The notes beneath the pieces were generated by a model that worked only from the letters and a program-made list of their open reading frames with translations, had not been told where the DNA came from and made no database searches. From a virus (Duplodnaviria > Heunggongvirae > Uroviricota > Caudoviricetes), in IMG/VR virus record IMGVR_UViG_2534681672_000004: a DNA stretch of 33,568 nt. The stretch is one strand, 5' to 3'. Below are positions 25,707-33,568 of this stretch, in pieces. Position numbers and translations under genes: made by a program. Positions within the stretch are counted from its first letter, which is position 1; each line of letters starts with the position of its first letter.

Positions 25707-27854
25707 CTATGGCGCTGCGGAGAAAATTTCACCTTTGGACGTTCCACGCAACCATTTACCGTTAATACAACTTTTGCCACCTGCTATCAGGTGCAGGGCT
25801 TCTCCCCGGCTGATGGTAATGCCGGTTGTCAGACGGATCTCGTCGATAGTTTTTTCTATCGGAGCACTTTGCTCATCTGTTCCGTGGATAAATTTCGGCC
25901 TCTTAGGTGGCTTTGGTTTCCTGATTCGGTTCGTCAGCTCTCGCCTTTCACGTCGACTCAGGGGTTTTGATAAATCGAGTTCCGGTGGATCGCTTTCGCT
26001 TCCCGTACAGTTATTGACAGAACTCCAAGGGACGGCGAAGCCGTCCTTAACGTCAACGGCCAAATCAACGGCACGCTTCGGAACAATTTTCCATTGCGTG
26101 AGCCGGGTTAAAATCGGAGTGCCAACACCAACGGTGGAGTCGTACACACCACGAATGCAGACAGTTTCCTCACCATACTGGTTAAACTCGGTGCGCGGTT
26201 CATAAAGCGTACGCACCTGCAAATCATCGCGACGGACAAACGGACCGCCCTGCGCATTAACATAGCCAGCCCAATCACCGGCATCGGCGGCATCATGGAC
26301 AGCCGCAAACTCAACACTTAGACCGTGCGCGGTCTCGGTATCTGCAAGGCGACGCAATTCACGATAAACAGTCACTGGTGCACCACCGATAAACTGAAAC
26401 TGACGAATATGCCAGCGCGCCGCCCATGCTGAAACGGCGGGGGCTGTCTCTTTCAACAGTTCACCGTTTTCGTCATCGGTTTCGTCATCAAGAGCGTAAC
26501 CGTCGATATTTTTCGAGATGTATTTCGCGACGTAGCCGGTTGCGCTGCCTTTCTCCGGATCAATGGCTTCTGCGTGGAAACGTGCTTTTTTGGCTTTATC
26601 GCTTTTGAGTTCGTGAAAATCTTCTTGCCATGCGTAGTCCCGAATAATGCCACGAACGGTATCGACGTCCTCCGGGAGCATAAACATCAGCATATGCCAG
26701 TGAGGGCACCCGTCATGGTGAGGCTCTGCAACGCGGATCCCGAAAATACGAATGTCTTCACGGTGGAGTTTTGCGCGAATGCGTGCCCACAGGCCAGTGA
26801 GATAACATTGCGTATCGGATGGATTGGATCCATTCCATTTGGTGTTACGGTAGCCTGCCTTTGTCGTGGCGTGATATTTAGACGGTGCGGTCAGGGTGTA
26901 AAACTCACCAACATAACCGAGCTCATTGCAGATATTTTCAAACCCACGAATGCGGGTCATAAGCTCACAGCGTCGAATCGCAGAGTTAGCGACTGAACCA
27001 TCGTATTTTTCAATCAGGCTGATACGGTTGCCGTCTTCGTCTTCAAGCTCCAGACCTTTGAGAAATTCGCGCGTCCGGCGCTTCTGTTCACGCCAGTCTG
27101 TCACGCAGTTTTTACTCGCGTAGACATGTTTTTTCTTACTGACATTTCCGATTGCGATTTGCAGGTGTTCGCGCCACGCAGCCGCAATGCGACGCAGACG
27201 GCCACGCCACCATTTTTCCGAAAACATACGGGCAATTGCTGGAGCGACTTTATCCTGATCCCAATATTTATCCCGCGACCGTTCCCACTCTGGTGGCATT
27301 ATCCTGAATTGCTGAGTGATGAAACCAGCATGCATATACCAGGCATTTAATGTCTCCAGTTCACACATGTCAGAATCGTCAATGTTGACTAACTCTGCAC
27401 GGATAAAATCGGCGATATCAGCAGCCAGCAGGTCGATGTCGGCGCGTGCCATATCCGGGAGTCGGTTGTATCTGGCGACTATGTTGACCATGCGAGACGC
27501 CAGATATTGCATAAGCTGAGTATCGAAATGACAACCGAAAACAGCGGCTGATACGTTGCTGTTAATACCGGTACACTCGTATTTTTTTGCGACCAGTTCA
27601 AAACGCGGCAATGCCTTTTTGCAGAAGCTTATTAAAAAAGCATTGGCTCGTTGACTGCCCTGATTTTGCTCCAGCACCGCAGCAGTGCGATAAACGTCAA
27701 AACGTACACACTCGGGCTGGAGGGAAAGCACCTTTCTAGCATGCAGCAAAGCCGCGAGCATACGGTCGCGGCGATACTGTTGGTCGTAGGTAAGATATGG
27801 ACTGGCTATTGCCGACCGTGGAGCATTCCACGGAAACGCGAATTGAACAGCCAA
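25707..27854 (-). CDS. A: Replication initiation protein gpA (rolling-circle initiator)
   Basis: 715-aa ORF; region ...IRVAEPHHDGCPHWHMLMFM... and ...YVAKYISKNIDGY... with the active-site Tyr context characteristic of P2/186 A. Confidence 0.9.
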   Translation of the reverse strand: MAVQFAFPWNAPRSAIASPYLTYDQQYRRDRMLAALLHARKVLSLQPECVRFDVYRTAAVLEQNQGSQRANAFLISFCKKALPRFELVAKKYECTGINSNVSAAVFGCHFDTQLMQYLASRMVNIVARYNRLPDMARADIDLLAADIADFIRAELVNIDDSDMCELETLNAWYMHAGFITQQFRIMPPEWERSRDKYWDQDKVAPAIARMFSEKWWRGRLRRIAAAWREHLQIAIGNVSKKKHVYASKNCVTDWREQKRRTREFLKGLELEDEDGNRISLIEKYDGSVANSAIRRCELMTRIRGFENICNELGYVGEFYTLTAPSKYHATTKAGYRNTKWNGSNPSDTQCYLTGLWARIRAKLHREDIRIFGIRVAEPHHDGCPHWHMLMFMLPEDVDTVRGIIRDYAWQEDFHELKSDKAKKARFHAEAIDPEKGSATGYVAKYISKNIDGYALDDETDDENGELLKETAPAVSAWAARWHIRQFQFIGGAPVTVYRELRRLADTETAHGLSVEFAAVHDAADAGDWAGYVNAQGGPFVRRDDLQVRTLYEPRTEFNQYGEETVCIRGVYDSTVGVGTPILTRLTQWKIVPKRAVDLAVDVKDGFAVPWSSVNNCTGSESDPPELDLSKPLSRRERRELTNRIRKPKPPKRPKFIHGTDEQSAPIEKTIDEIRLTTGITISRGEALHLIAGGKSCINGKWLRGTSKGEIFSAAP

Positions 27855-27855
27855 T

Positions 27856-28077
27856 TCATATCCCCCGATAATGCTTTGATTTAAGCTCGGCGATTTGCTG
27901 GCAGGTCACGCACAAGCCCACACCCGGAAGCGCGATTCGTCGGGCTTCCGGAATTGGTACGTCACATACTTCACAGAGGAAACGAGAAGGCACAGTAATA
28001 CGGCTGCGCGCGTTGTTGATATGGCGCTCGCGCTCGGCTTGTTCGCGCTCCTGTACTCCATCCATAACATCGGCCAT
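27856..28077 (-). CDS. DksA/TraR-family C4 zinc-finger protein
   Basis: CEVCDVPIPEARRIALPGVGLCVTCQ four-Cys motif; directly upstream of A as in P2/186 early operons. Confidence 0.8.
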   Translation of the reverse strand: MADVMDGVQEREQAERERHINNARSRITVPSRFLCEVCDVPIPEARRIALPGVGLCVTCQQIAELKSKHYRGI

Positions 28078-28304
28078 TAGTGCAACTCCTGAGATTCGTT
28101 TTCAAAGCGGGTGGCTTCACGGCGCAGCAGTTCAGCGGCTTCTTTGCCGTTCATGCCTTCTTTGGTTATATGGATAGCCAGCGCCTCAAGACGGATTGAA
28201 ACGGCGAGTGCACGGTCTTTGCGTTCTTCTTTTTTGGCATCTGTCAGCAGCACGGCCAGCGCGTCACTATCAGTATTAAAACTACGGGGTTCGGTATTGC
28301 GCAT
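28077..28304 (-). CDS. Hypothetical early-operon protein
   Basis: 75-aa ORF with AGGAGAG RBS 8 nt before the ATG; stop abuts the next gene's start. Confidence 0.6.
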   Translation of the reverse strand: MRNTEPRSFNTDSDALAVLLTDAKKEERKDRALAVSIRLEALAIHITKEGMNGKEAAELLRREATRFENESQELH

Positions 28305-28373
28305 AACTAACTCTCCTGATTTCGGGCAATAAAATGCCCGGCGGGTTTACGCCAGATAATTAATTGTGATTAA

Positions 28374-28574
28374 TTAGCTATAGCCAAATACAACGGCAGG
28401 TTTACTTTTCAACTGGCTGATAATTTCAGCTTTCAGGCCATCCTTAAACTCTTTGCAGCATTCCCACTCAGGGTCAACCCGAAGTATTGCACCGTCGCGA
28501 GTTTTAATTTCAAAACCGTCTTCCATATTCGGAATCATGGCTCCTAAAACAATTCTTAATTCATCGCGTGACAT
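28374..28574 (-). CDS. Hypothetical early-operon protein
   Basis: Start taken at internal Met (MSRDELRIVLG...); two Cys pairs. Confidence 0.45.
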   Translation of the reverse strand: MSRDELRIVLGAMIPNMEDGFEIKTRDGAILRVDPEWECCKEFKDGLKAEIISQLKSKPAVVFGYS

Positions 28575-28734
28575 GTTTAATCCCTTTAATAATAAAGTGG
28601 ACAATACGAACAATTAAAAAGCCTGACGACTTCGGCGGCTTTGTTTCCAGCCCTTTTAATAATTCGGACTGTGAGCAGCACGGATGCCAGCGCCTGCCAT
28701 CTTTCCCCGCAATCCAGCCGTGACCGTAATGCAT
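28561..28734 (-). CDS. Possible small early-operon ORF (uncertain)
   Basis: Internal-start version of an 86-aa ORF between cII and the next gene; no clear RBS. Confidence 0.25.
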   Translation of the reverse strand: MHYGHGWIAGKDGRRWHPCCSQSELLKGLETKPPKSSGFLIVRIVHFIIKGIKHVTR

Positions 28735-28795
28735 GCCGGGACTTTGCTTAACGAGCAGAGAAGCGAATGAAGGTTCATTTTTCAGCACAGGTACC

Positions 28796-29305
28796 TCATA
28801 CCAAACCGAATGTTGCGCCAATGCCGGTCATGGTGTCGACGACGCTCGACATTGCCGGGTTAGCCTGGAGGCGAGCCTGTAACGCCAGCGCCGACAATGA
28901 CAGCATGCGAATACCGGCGTTAACGCTTTCAACCATGTTGTGTTTACGAGCAGAGGTCAGGCGTTCATCAGATGCAGCACCGTTCGCCAGTTCGCCGAGT
29001 TCGCTCATTGCGCGCATGACATAGGACTGCAATTTATCTTTAGCCAACTCATTAACCGGCACACAAGGTAGACAATGGATCTGCGCCAGAAAGCCATCAA
29101 CGAGGGTTGAGTCTTCGGTCAGATCAGTCAGCAGCCATAACTCAGGCGGTGTGAACTGGTGAGGCTGTTCCGGGTTAAGTTTGTTACGTAACGTCTGAAC
29201 ATTCATACCCGCATGCTCGGCCAGCTTCGCCATATTGTGACGCTGCGCGAAAGCCCGGCACGCTTCGTCATAGTGGGGATGTTTGGAAATTTGAAAATCA
29301 AACAT
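28796..29305 (-). CDS. cII: CII-like transcriptional activator (phage 186 CII homologue)
   Basis: 169-aa protein; sequence MFDFQISKHPHYDEACRAFAQRHNMAKLAEHAGMNVQTLRNKLNPEQPHQFTPPELWLL... is near-identical to 186 CII as I recall it. Confidence 0.85.
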   Translation of the reverse strand: MFDFQISKHPHYDEACRAFAQRHNMAKLAEHAGMNVQTLRNKLNPEQPHQFTPPELWLLTDLTEDSTLVDGFLAQIHCLPCVPVNELAKDKLQSYVMRAMSELGELANGAASDERLTSARKHNMVESVNAGIRMLSLSALALQARLQANPAMSSVVDTMTGIGATFGLV

Positions 29306-29340
29306 GTATTTTCCCTCGCTATCTTAAATAATCGAGTTTC

Positions 29341-29565
29341 TTAGGCTGCCACATAGCGGCAATTAAGGCCCTGAGCCAAGAGTCGAGCACGGAAGGCAAC
29401 CATATTGATACGCGCAGCACCACCGTCTTTTTTACGGGGCATCAGGAGGAGATCTCCATCAGCAACCATCTGTTTTACAGTGCGAATGCTGTAGCCGTAG
29501 CATTCAGCAAATTCGTCATAAGTCATGAGATCCGCGCCGGACGGGATTGCAATTTGTGGAGTCAT
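29341..29565 (-). CDS. apl: Apl/Cox-like excisionase and lytic-promoter regulator
   Basis: 74-aa HTH protein, first gene of the rightward-equivalent lytic operon, divergent from cI. Confidence 0.7.
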   Translation of the reverse strand: MTPQIAIPSGADLMTYDEFAECYGYSIRTVKQMVADGDLLLMPRKKDGGAARINMVAFRARLLAQGLNCRYVAA

Positions 29566-29690
29566 AAGTAATCATCTCCGGTTACTAGTTGGTTTGGTGC
29601 ATTGGCGTGCATTTTTAAATTCAAGCGAGAATCTTATCTCGAAAAAGCGAGATGTCAATTTGGATTTTCGCGATAACTCGGATTTTTAAG
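29566..29690. promoter_or_regulatory. Divergent pR/pL switch region with candidate CI operator repeats
   Basis: Repeated AAGCGAGA / TCTCG elements forming palindromes (GCGAGA-N5-TCTCG at 29625-29641; TCTCG-AAAAAG-CGAGA at 29637-29652) between apl and cI. Confidence 0.5.
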
Positions 29691-30269
29691 ATGAAATTGG
29701 ATGAGTTAGAGGGTGGAAAAGCAGTGCTGCAGCGCATCCTTGATGCGTATGGCTTCACCATGCAAAAACAACTCGGTGACTTGCATGAGCTGTCATCGGG
29801 AACAATCAGCACTTGGGTTCGGCGTAATTTTTTCCCCGGGGATGTTGTTGTTGCATGCGCTTTGGACACTGGGGTGTCTTTACGTTGGTTGGCAACAGGG
29901 AAGGGGAACAAGTTTGATGCAGACCATACTAATGGCGAAATGAAAACATTAGACCGATTGGATATTGTTGCAGGTAAGCTGCAGGAAAACGGTCATTGGA
30001 TTGTTGATGCTAACCTCTTTTCTACTGAGGCGACGCACCCCAATTACATAGTAAAAGGCCAGCAGTCCTGGATAGTTGATTTTGATATGACTGATATAGC
30101 AAATGGGCGATGGATGCTCAGTATCGACGGGGATCATGATGTCTATGACGTTGCAAGGATCCCGGGGAACAGAATAAAAGTCAGCAACGCTGATGCCGAT
30201 TTTCAATGCTCAGTTTCTGAGGTTAAGTGTATTGGCATGGTGCTGGTAAGCCTGACGAAATCTAGCTAA
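29691..30269 (+). CDS. cI: CI immunity repressor (186-type)
   Basis: Start MKLDELEGGKAVLQRILDAYGF...; N-terminal HTH pattern resembles 186 CI as recalled; first gene of the leftward-equivalent operon ahead of int. Confidence 0.75.
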   Translation: MKLDELEGGKAVLQRILDAYGFTMQKQLGDLHELSSGTISTWVRRNFFPGDVVVACALDTGVSLRWLATGKGNKFDADHTNGEMKTLDRLDIVAGKLQENGHWIVDANLFSTEATHPNYIVKGQQSWIVDFDMTDIANGRWMLSIDGDHDVYDVARIPGNRIKVSNADADFQCSVSEVKCIGMVLVSLTKSS

Positions 30270-30273
30270 CGAT

Positions 30274-30815
30274 ATGAGTGTTAAAAAACTGACATCGGGT
30301 GAATGGCTTTGTGATTTCCGCGTCGACGGGGCTGAAAGTCGCCGCGTGCGTAAGAAGTTTTCAACCAAAGGTGAAGCCGTTGCCTTCGAGCAGTATTACC
30401 GAGAAGAGGCACAAAATAAGCCGTGGATGGGTGAGAAGGAAGACCGTCGACGTTTGAGTGAACTGATTGAGCTGTGGCATAACCTCCATGGCCAGTCGCT
30501 CGCTGCCAGCAAATCGCGATTGGCCAAACTGCACATTGTTTGCCGGGGTCTTGGCGACCCAATCGCTACCCAGCTTACCGCCAAAGATTTCGCCCATTAT
30601 CGGGATAAACGTCTCAAGGGTGAAATCGACAATGGCTATCACGCAAATTCTGAAAAGTGGATTGCGAAACCTGTGACTGTGAACCGGGAACAACAGTACC
30701 TCGAAGCTGTTTTCAATGAGCTGAAGCGCTTGGGTGAGTGGAGTCTGCCAAATCCTCTCGAAGGTGTGCGAGTTTTCAAAGAAGCCGAAAAAGAAATGTC
30801 TTGGCTTACCCAGCC
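30274..30815 (+). pseudogene. int: Integrase, N-terminal fragment (interrupted by IS10)
   Basis: Reading frame ends ...KEMSWLTQP then a stop created inside the IS10 end; continues in frame at 32145 once IS10 and one target-duplication copy are removed. Confidence 0.85.
30807..30815. repeat. IS10 target-site duplication, left copy (TACCCAGCC)
   Basis: Identical 9 bp immediately flank both IS10 ends. Confidence 0.85.
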
Positions 30816-30860
30816 CTGATGAATCCCCTAATGATTTTGGTAAAAATCATTAAGTTAAGG

Positions 30861-30930
30861 TGGATACACATCTTGTCATATGATCAAATGGTTTCGCGAA
30901 AAATCAATAATCAGACAACAAGATGTGCGA
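30861..30930 (-). ncRNA. IS10 RNA-OUT antisense RNA (approximate position)
   Basis: Placed from established IS10 organisation (pOUT transcript antisense to the 5' end of tnp, near the outside end); coordinates not read from the sequence. Confidence 0.4.
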
Positions 30931-32131
30931 ACTCGATATTTTACACGACTCTCTTTACCAATTCTGCCCCGAATTACACTTAAAACGACTCAACAGCTTA
31001 ACGTTGGCTTGCCACGCATTACTTGACTGTAAAACTCTCACTCTTACCGAACTTGGCCGTAACCTGCCAACCAAAGCGAGAACAAAACATAACATCAAAC
31101 GAATCGACCGATTGTTAGGTAATCGTCACCTCCACAAAGAGCGACTCGCTGTATACCGTTGGCATGCTAGCTTTATCTGTTCGGGCAATACGATGCCCAT
31201 TGTACTTGTTGACTGGTCTGATATTCGTGAGCAAAAACGACTTATGGTATTGCGAGCTTCAGTCGCACTACACGGTCGTTCTGTTACTCTTTATGAGAAA
31301 GCGTTCCCGCTTTCAGAGCAATGTTCAAAGAAAGCTCATGACCAATTTCTAGCCGACCTTGCGAGCATTCTACCGAGTAACACCACACCGCTCATTGTCA
31401 GTGATGCTGGCTTTAAAGTGCCATGGTATAAATCCGTTGAGAAGCTGGGTTGGTACTGGTTAAGTCGAGTAAGAGGAAAAGTACAATATGCAGACCTAGG
31501 AGCGGAAAACTGGAAACCTATCAGCAACTTACATGATATGTCATCTAGTCACTCAAAGACTTTAGGCTATAAGAGGCTGACTAAAAGCAATCCAATCTCA
31601 TGCCAAATTCTATTGTATAAATCTCGCTCTAAAGGCCGAAAAAATCAGCGCTCGACACGGACTCATTGTCACCACCCGTCACCTAAAATCTACTCAGCGT
31701 CGGCAAAGGAGCCATGGGTTCTAGCAACTAACTTACCTGTTGAAATTCGAACACCCAAACAACTTGTTAATATCTATTCGAAGCGAATGCAGATTGAAGA
31801 AACCTTCCGAGACTTGAAAAGTCCTGCCTACGGACTAGGCCTACGCCATAGCCGAACGAGCAGCTCAGAGCGTTTTGATATCATGCTGCTAATCGCCCTG
31901 ATGCTTCAACTAACATGTTGGCTTGCGGGCGTTCATGCTCAGAAACAAGGTTGGGACAAGCACTTCCAGGCTAACACAGTCAGAAATCGAAACGTACTCT
32001 CAACAGTTCGCTTAGGCATGGAAGTTTTGCGGCATTCTGGCTACACAATAACAAGGGAAGACTTACTCGTGGCTGCAACCCTACTAGCTCAAAATTTATT
32101 CACACATGGTTACGCTTTGGGGAAATTATGA
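30923..32131 (+). CDS. tnp: IS10 transposase
   Basis: 402-aa protein MCELDILHDSLYQFCPELHLKRLNSLTLACHALLDCKTLTLTELGRNLPTKARTKHNIKRIDRLLGNRHL..., recognised as IS10 transposase from memory. Confidence 0.95.
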   Translation: MCELDILHDSLYQFCPELHLKRLNSLTLACHALLDCKTLTLTELGRNLPTKARTKHNIKRIDRLLGNRHLHKERLAVYRWHASFICSGNTMPIVLVDWSDIREQKRLMVLRASVALHGRSVTLYEKAFPLSEQCSKKAHDQFLADLASILPSNTTPLIVSDAGFKVPWYKSVEKLGWYWLSRVRGKVQYADLGAENWKPISNLHDMSSSHSKTLGYKRLTKSNPISCQILLYKSRSKGRKNQRSTRTHCHHPSPKIYSASAKEPWVLATNLPVEIRTPKQLVNIYSKRMQIEETFRDLKSPAYGLGLRHSRTSSSERFDIMLLIALMLQLTCWLAGVHAQKQGWDKHFQANTVRNRNVLSTVRLGMEVLRHSGYTITREDLLVAATLLAQNLFTHGYALGKL

Positions 32132-32144
32132 GGGGATCTCTCAG

Positions 32145-32153
32145 TACCCAGCC
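32145..32153. repeat. IS10 target-site duplication, right copy (TACCCAGCC)
   Basis: Identical to 30807-30815. Confidence 0.85.
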
Positions 32154-32649
32154 TCAAATTCGCGAAGTGCTCAATGCTTGTGAGTCATACGGGAAAATTT
32201 ATTTAACCCGTATCGTCAAAGTGTGCTTAGCGACTGGTGCTCGATGGAGCGAGGCCGAGCGTCTTACTCGTTCACAGCTTTCACCCCACAAGTTGACTTT
32301 CACTAAAACGAAGGGAAAGAAGAATCGTACAGTACCGATCCCTCGGTGGCTATATGACGAGTTGGCTCCTTTACAGGGAAAAATGTTCCACCCCTGCTAT
32401 CAGGAGTTCAAGAAAATGCTCGCTCTGACCGATATAGAGTTAGCTGAAGGGCAAAAAACGCATGTGTTACGTCATACATTTGCGAGTCACTTTATGATGA
32501 ATGGTGGGAACATTTTAGTACTGCAACGAATCTTGGGCCATTCTAACATTAGGGAAACCATGAGATACGCTCATTTTGCACCAGATCATTTAGAAGAAGC
32601 TGTAACTCTTAACCCTATTTCTAATTTAACAGGATTATATGATGAGTGA
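32145..32649 (+). pseudogene. int: Integrase, C-terminal catalytic fragment (tyrosine recombinase)
   Basis: Contains ARWSEAERL, HVLRHTFASH and RETMRYAHF (R...HxxR...Y catalytic residues); in frame with the N-terminal fragment across the IS10 junction (...TQP|QIREVL...). Confidence 0.85.
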
Positions 32650-33568
32650 GCCAACCATCGAAACACCTCCAAGAATGACCGAGGCCAAAGTCATTAGGGT
32701 ACGCACTCGTGGTTTTTATAATTTAGTTGAGATAGGTGCAGTCTTTCTAGTTGCAAATGTAATTTTTGCTACAGGGATATTAGACTCAACCTTTTATTAT
32801 TTATTTCCCAGTGCGAGAGCAGATCTTACACATTTGCCGAGCTTTATCAGGTCAATATTCGCAGTGTCATTTGTAATCGTTTACACCATTATCTATGGTG
32901 TGTCTCCAATCCAAAGAATGTTTATGAGAATTACAGGGAGTGATTCAGTCGACAAATCATCGATGTTTAATATTGTCGATATTATAAATGAGATAAAACT
33001 ACTCAAGAAGGCTCAAGAGGAAAGGGCTGCTGCTGATGAAGATGAATCTCTGGATTTTTATCTTAAAGGTTTGATTAATAGCTCTGAAGGTCTTGCGAAA
33101 AACATATATTCTCGCGGTAGTCTTTATTTATTAGTCGGTGTTTGTTTTGCAATAGTTGGATTAGGTTTCTTCTATTCTCAATCACATGTAATTGATGCTA
33201 AGGATGATGCGGTAACCAAGGTAATGTATCTTCTCCCTAATTTTGGCGTGTTGATTTTCTTGGAGTTAATCGCATTTTTCTTTTTGAAGCAATATCGGGT
33301 TACGATGGATGAGTTTCGCTATTACGAGGCAATAAAACGTTCACGTGAGGAAAGCTATGCCATTATAAAGCTTGTAATGGCTAGCCAGAAAGATATCGAT
33401 ATGATAGACCTTCTGGATAAAATTAATTTTAGCTCAAGAGTTGGAAAACTAGAATCAGGGCAGACTACTGAAATTATTGAAGCAAGAAAATTAGACAAAA
33501 ATGAACTTGAAACCTTAGTAAAGCTTACCGAGGCAGTTGCGGGTAAGATTGGACAGGGAAATAAGTAG
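32639..33568 (+). CDS. AT-rich four-TM membrane protein with a long C-terminal soluble region, overlapping the int 3' end; candidate lysogen-expressed accessory/exclusion gene
   Basis: 309-aa ORF whose ATGATG start overlaps the int stop by 11 nt; four hydrophobic helices; same strand as cI-int and sharply AT-rich. Confidence 0.6.
   Translation: MMSEPTIETPPRMTEAKVIRVRTRGFYNLVEIGAVFLVANVIFATGILDSTFYYLFPSARADLTHLPSFIRSIFAVSFVIVYTIIYGVSPIQRMFMRITGSDSVDKSSMFNIVDIINEIKLLKKAQEERAAADEDESLDFYLKGLINSSEGLAKNIYSRGSLYLLVGVCFAIVGLGFFYSQSHVIDAKDDAVTKVMYLLPNFGVLIFLELIAFFFLKQYRVTMDEFRYYEAIKRSREESYAIIKLVMASQKDIDMIDLLDKINFSSRVGKLESGQTTEIIEARKLDKNELETLVKLTEAVAGKIGQGNK

Larger units (their letters stand above)
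30816..32144 (+). mobile_element. IS10 insertion sequence (1329 bp, IS4 family)
   Basis: Ends CTGATGAATCCCCTAATGATTTTGG... and ...GGGGAAATTATGAGGGGATCTCTCAG match IS10 termini as I recall them; 1329 bp; encodes the IS10 transposase; flanked by a 9-bp direct repeat. Confidence 0.95.

Noticed and set aside
25418-25780. 120-aa minus-strand ORF spanning the LexA box and overlapping the tum-like gene and the A gene 3' end
   Set aside because: Overlaps two better-supported genes and the regulatory region in another frame; no RBS.
28561-28821. Full-length 86-aa minus-strand ORF overlapping the cII stop and the next gene
   Set aside because: Long form overlaps both neighbours; kept only a shorter internal-start version at low confidence.
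32649-32760. Searched downstream of int for a tRNA 3' end or att core (186-like phages integrate at tRNA genes)
   Set aside because: No tRNA-like or obvious att repeat visible; the region is occupied by the overlapping membrane-protein gene, so attL is probably beyond the window.
1-33568. CRISPR arrays, rRNA and tRNA genes
   Set aside because: No regularly spaced direct repeats and no cloverleaf or rRNA-like sequence noticed on manual reading; a proper tRNA or CRISPR scan was not run.

Overview
The window is almost entirely one P2/186-family myovirus prophage, apparently intact in gene content but with its integrase split by IS10. Minus strand, in order: ogr, then tail genes D, U, T, E+E' (with a T-TTT-TTG -1 slippery site), FII, FI; a Hin/Gin-type DNA invertase with a 1.87 kb invertible tail-fibre segment bounded by two 26-bp hix-like sites; baseplate I, J, W, V; an AT-rich cargo gene; S, R, spanins, SAR endolysin, holin, X, L, M, N, O. 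Plus strand: terminase P and portal Q. Then an AT-rich two-gene cargo operon, a 186-like cos site, a LexA-boxed small gene, replication gene A, a 186-type early region (DksA/TraR-like, CII, Apl, CI), and the IS10-disrupted integrase (9-bp target duplication TACCCAGCC) followed by an overlapping membrane-protein gene. Three AT-rich cargo loci are the best candidates for undescribed accessory or anti-phage functions: 13084-14427, 23297-24963 and 32639-33568. No tRNA, rRNA or CRISPR array was recognised. All homology calls come from reading the translated ORFs and from recalled family sequences; no database search or computation was run.
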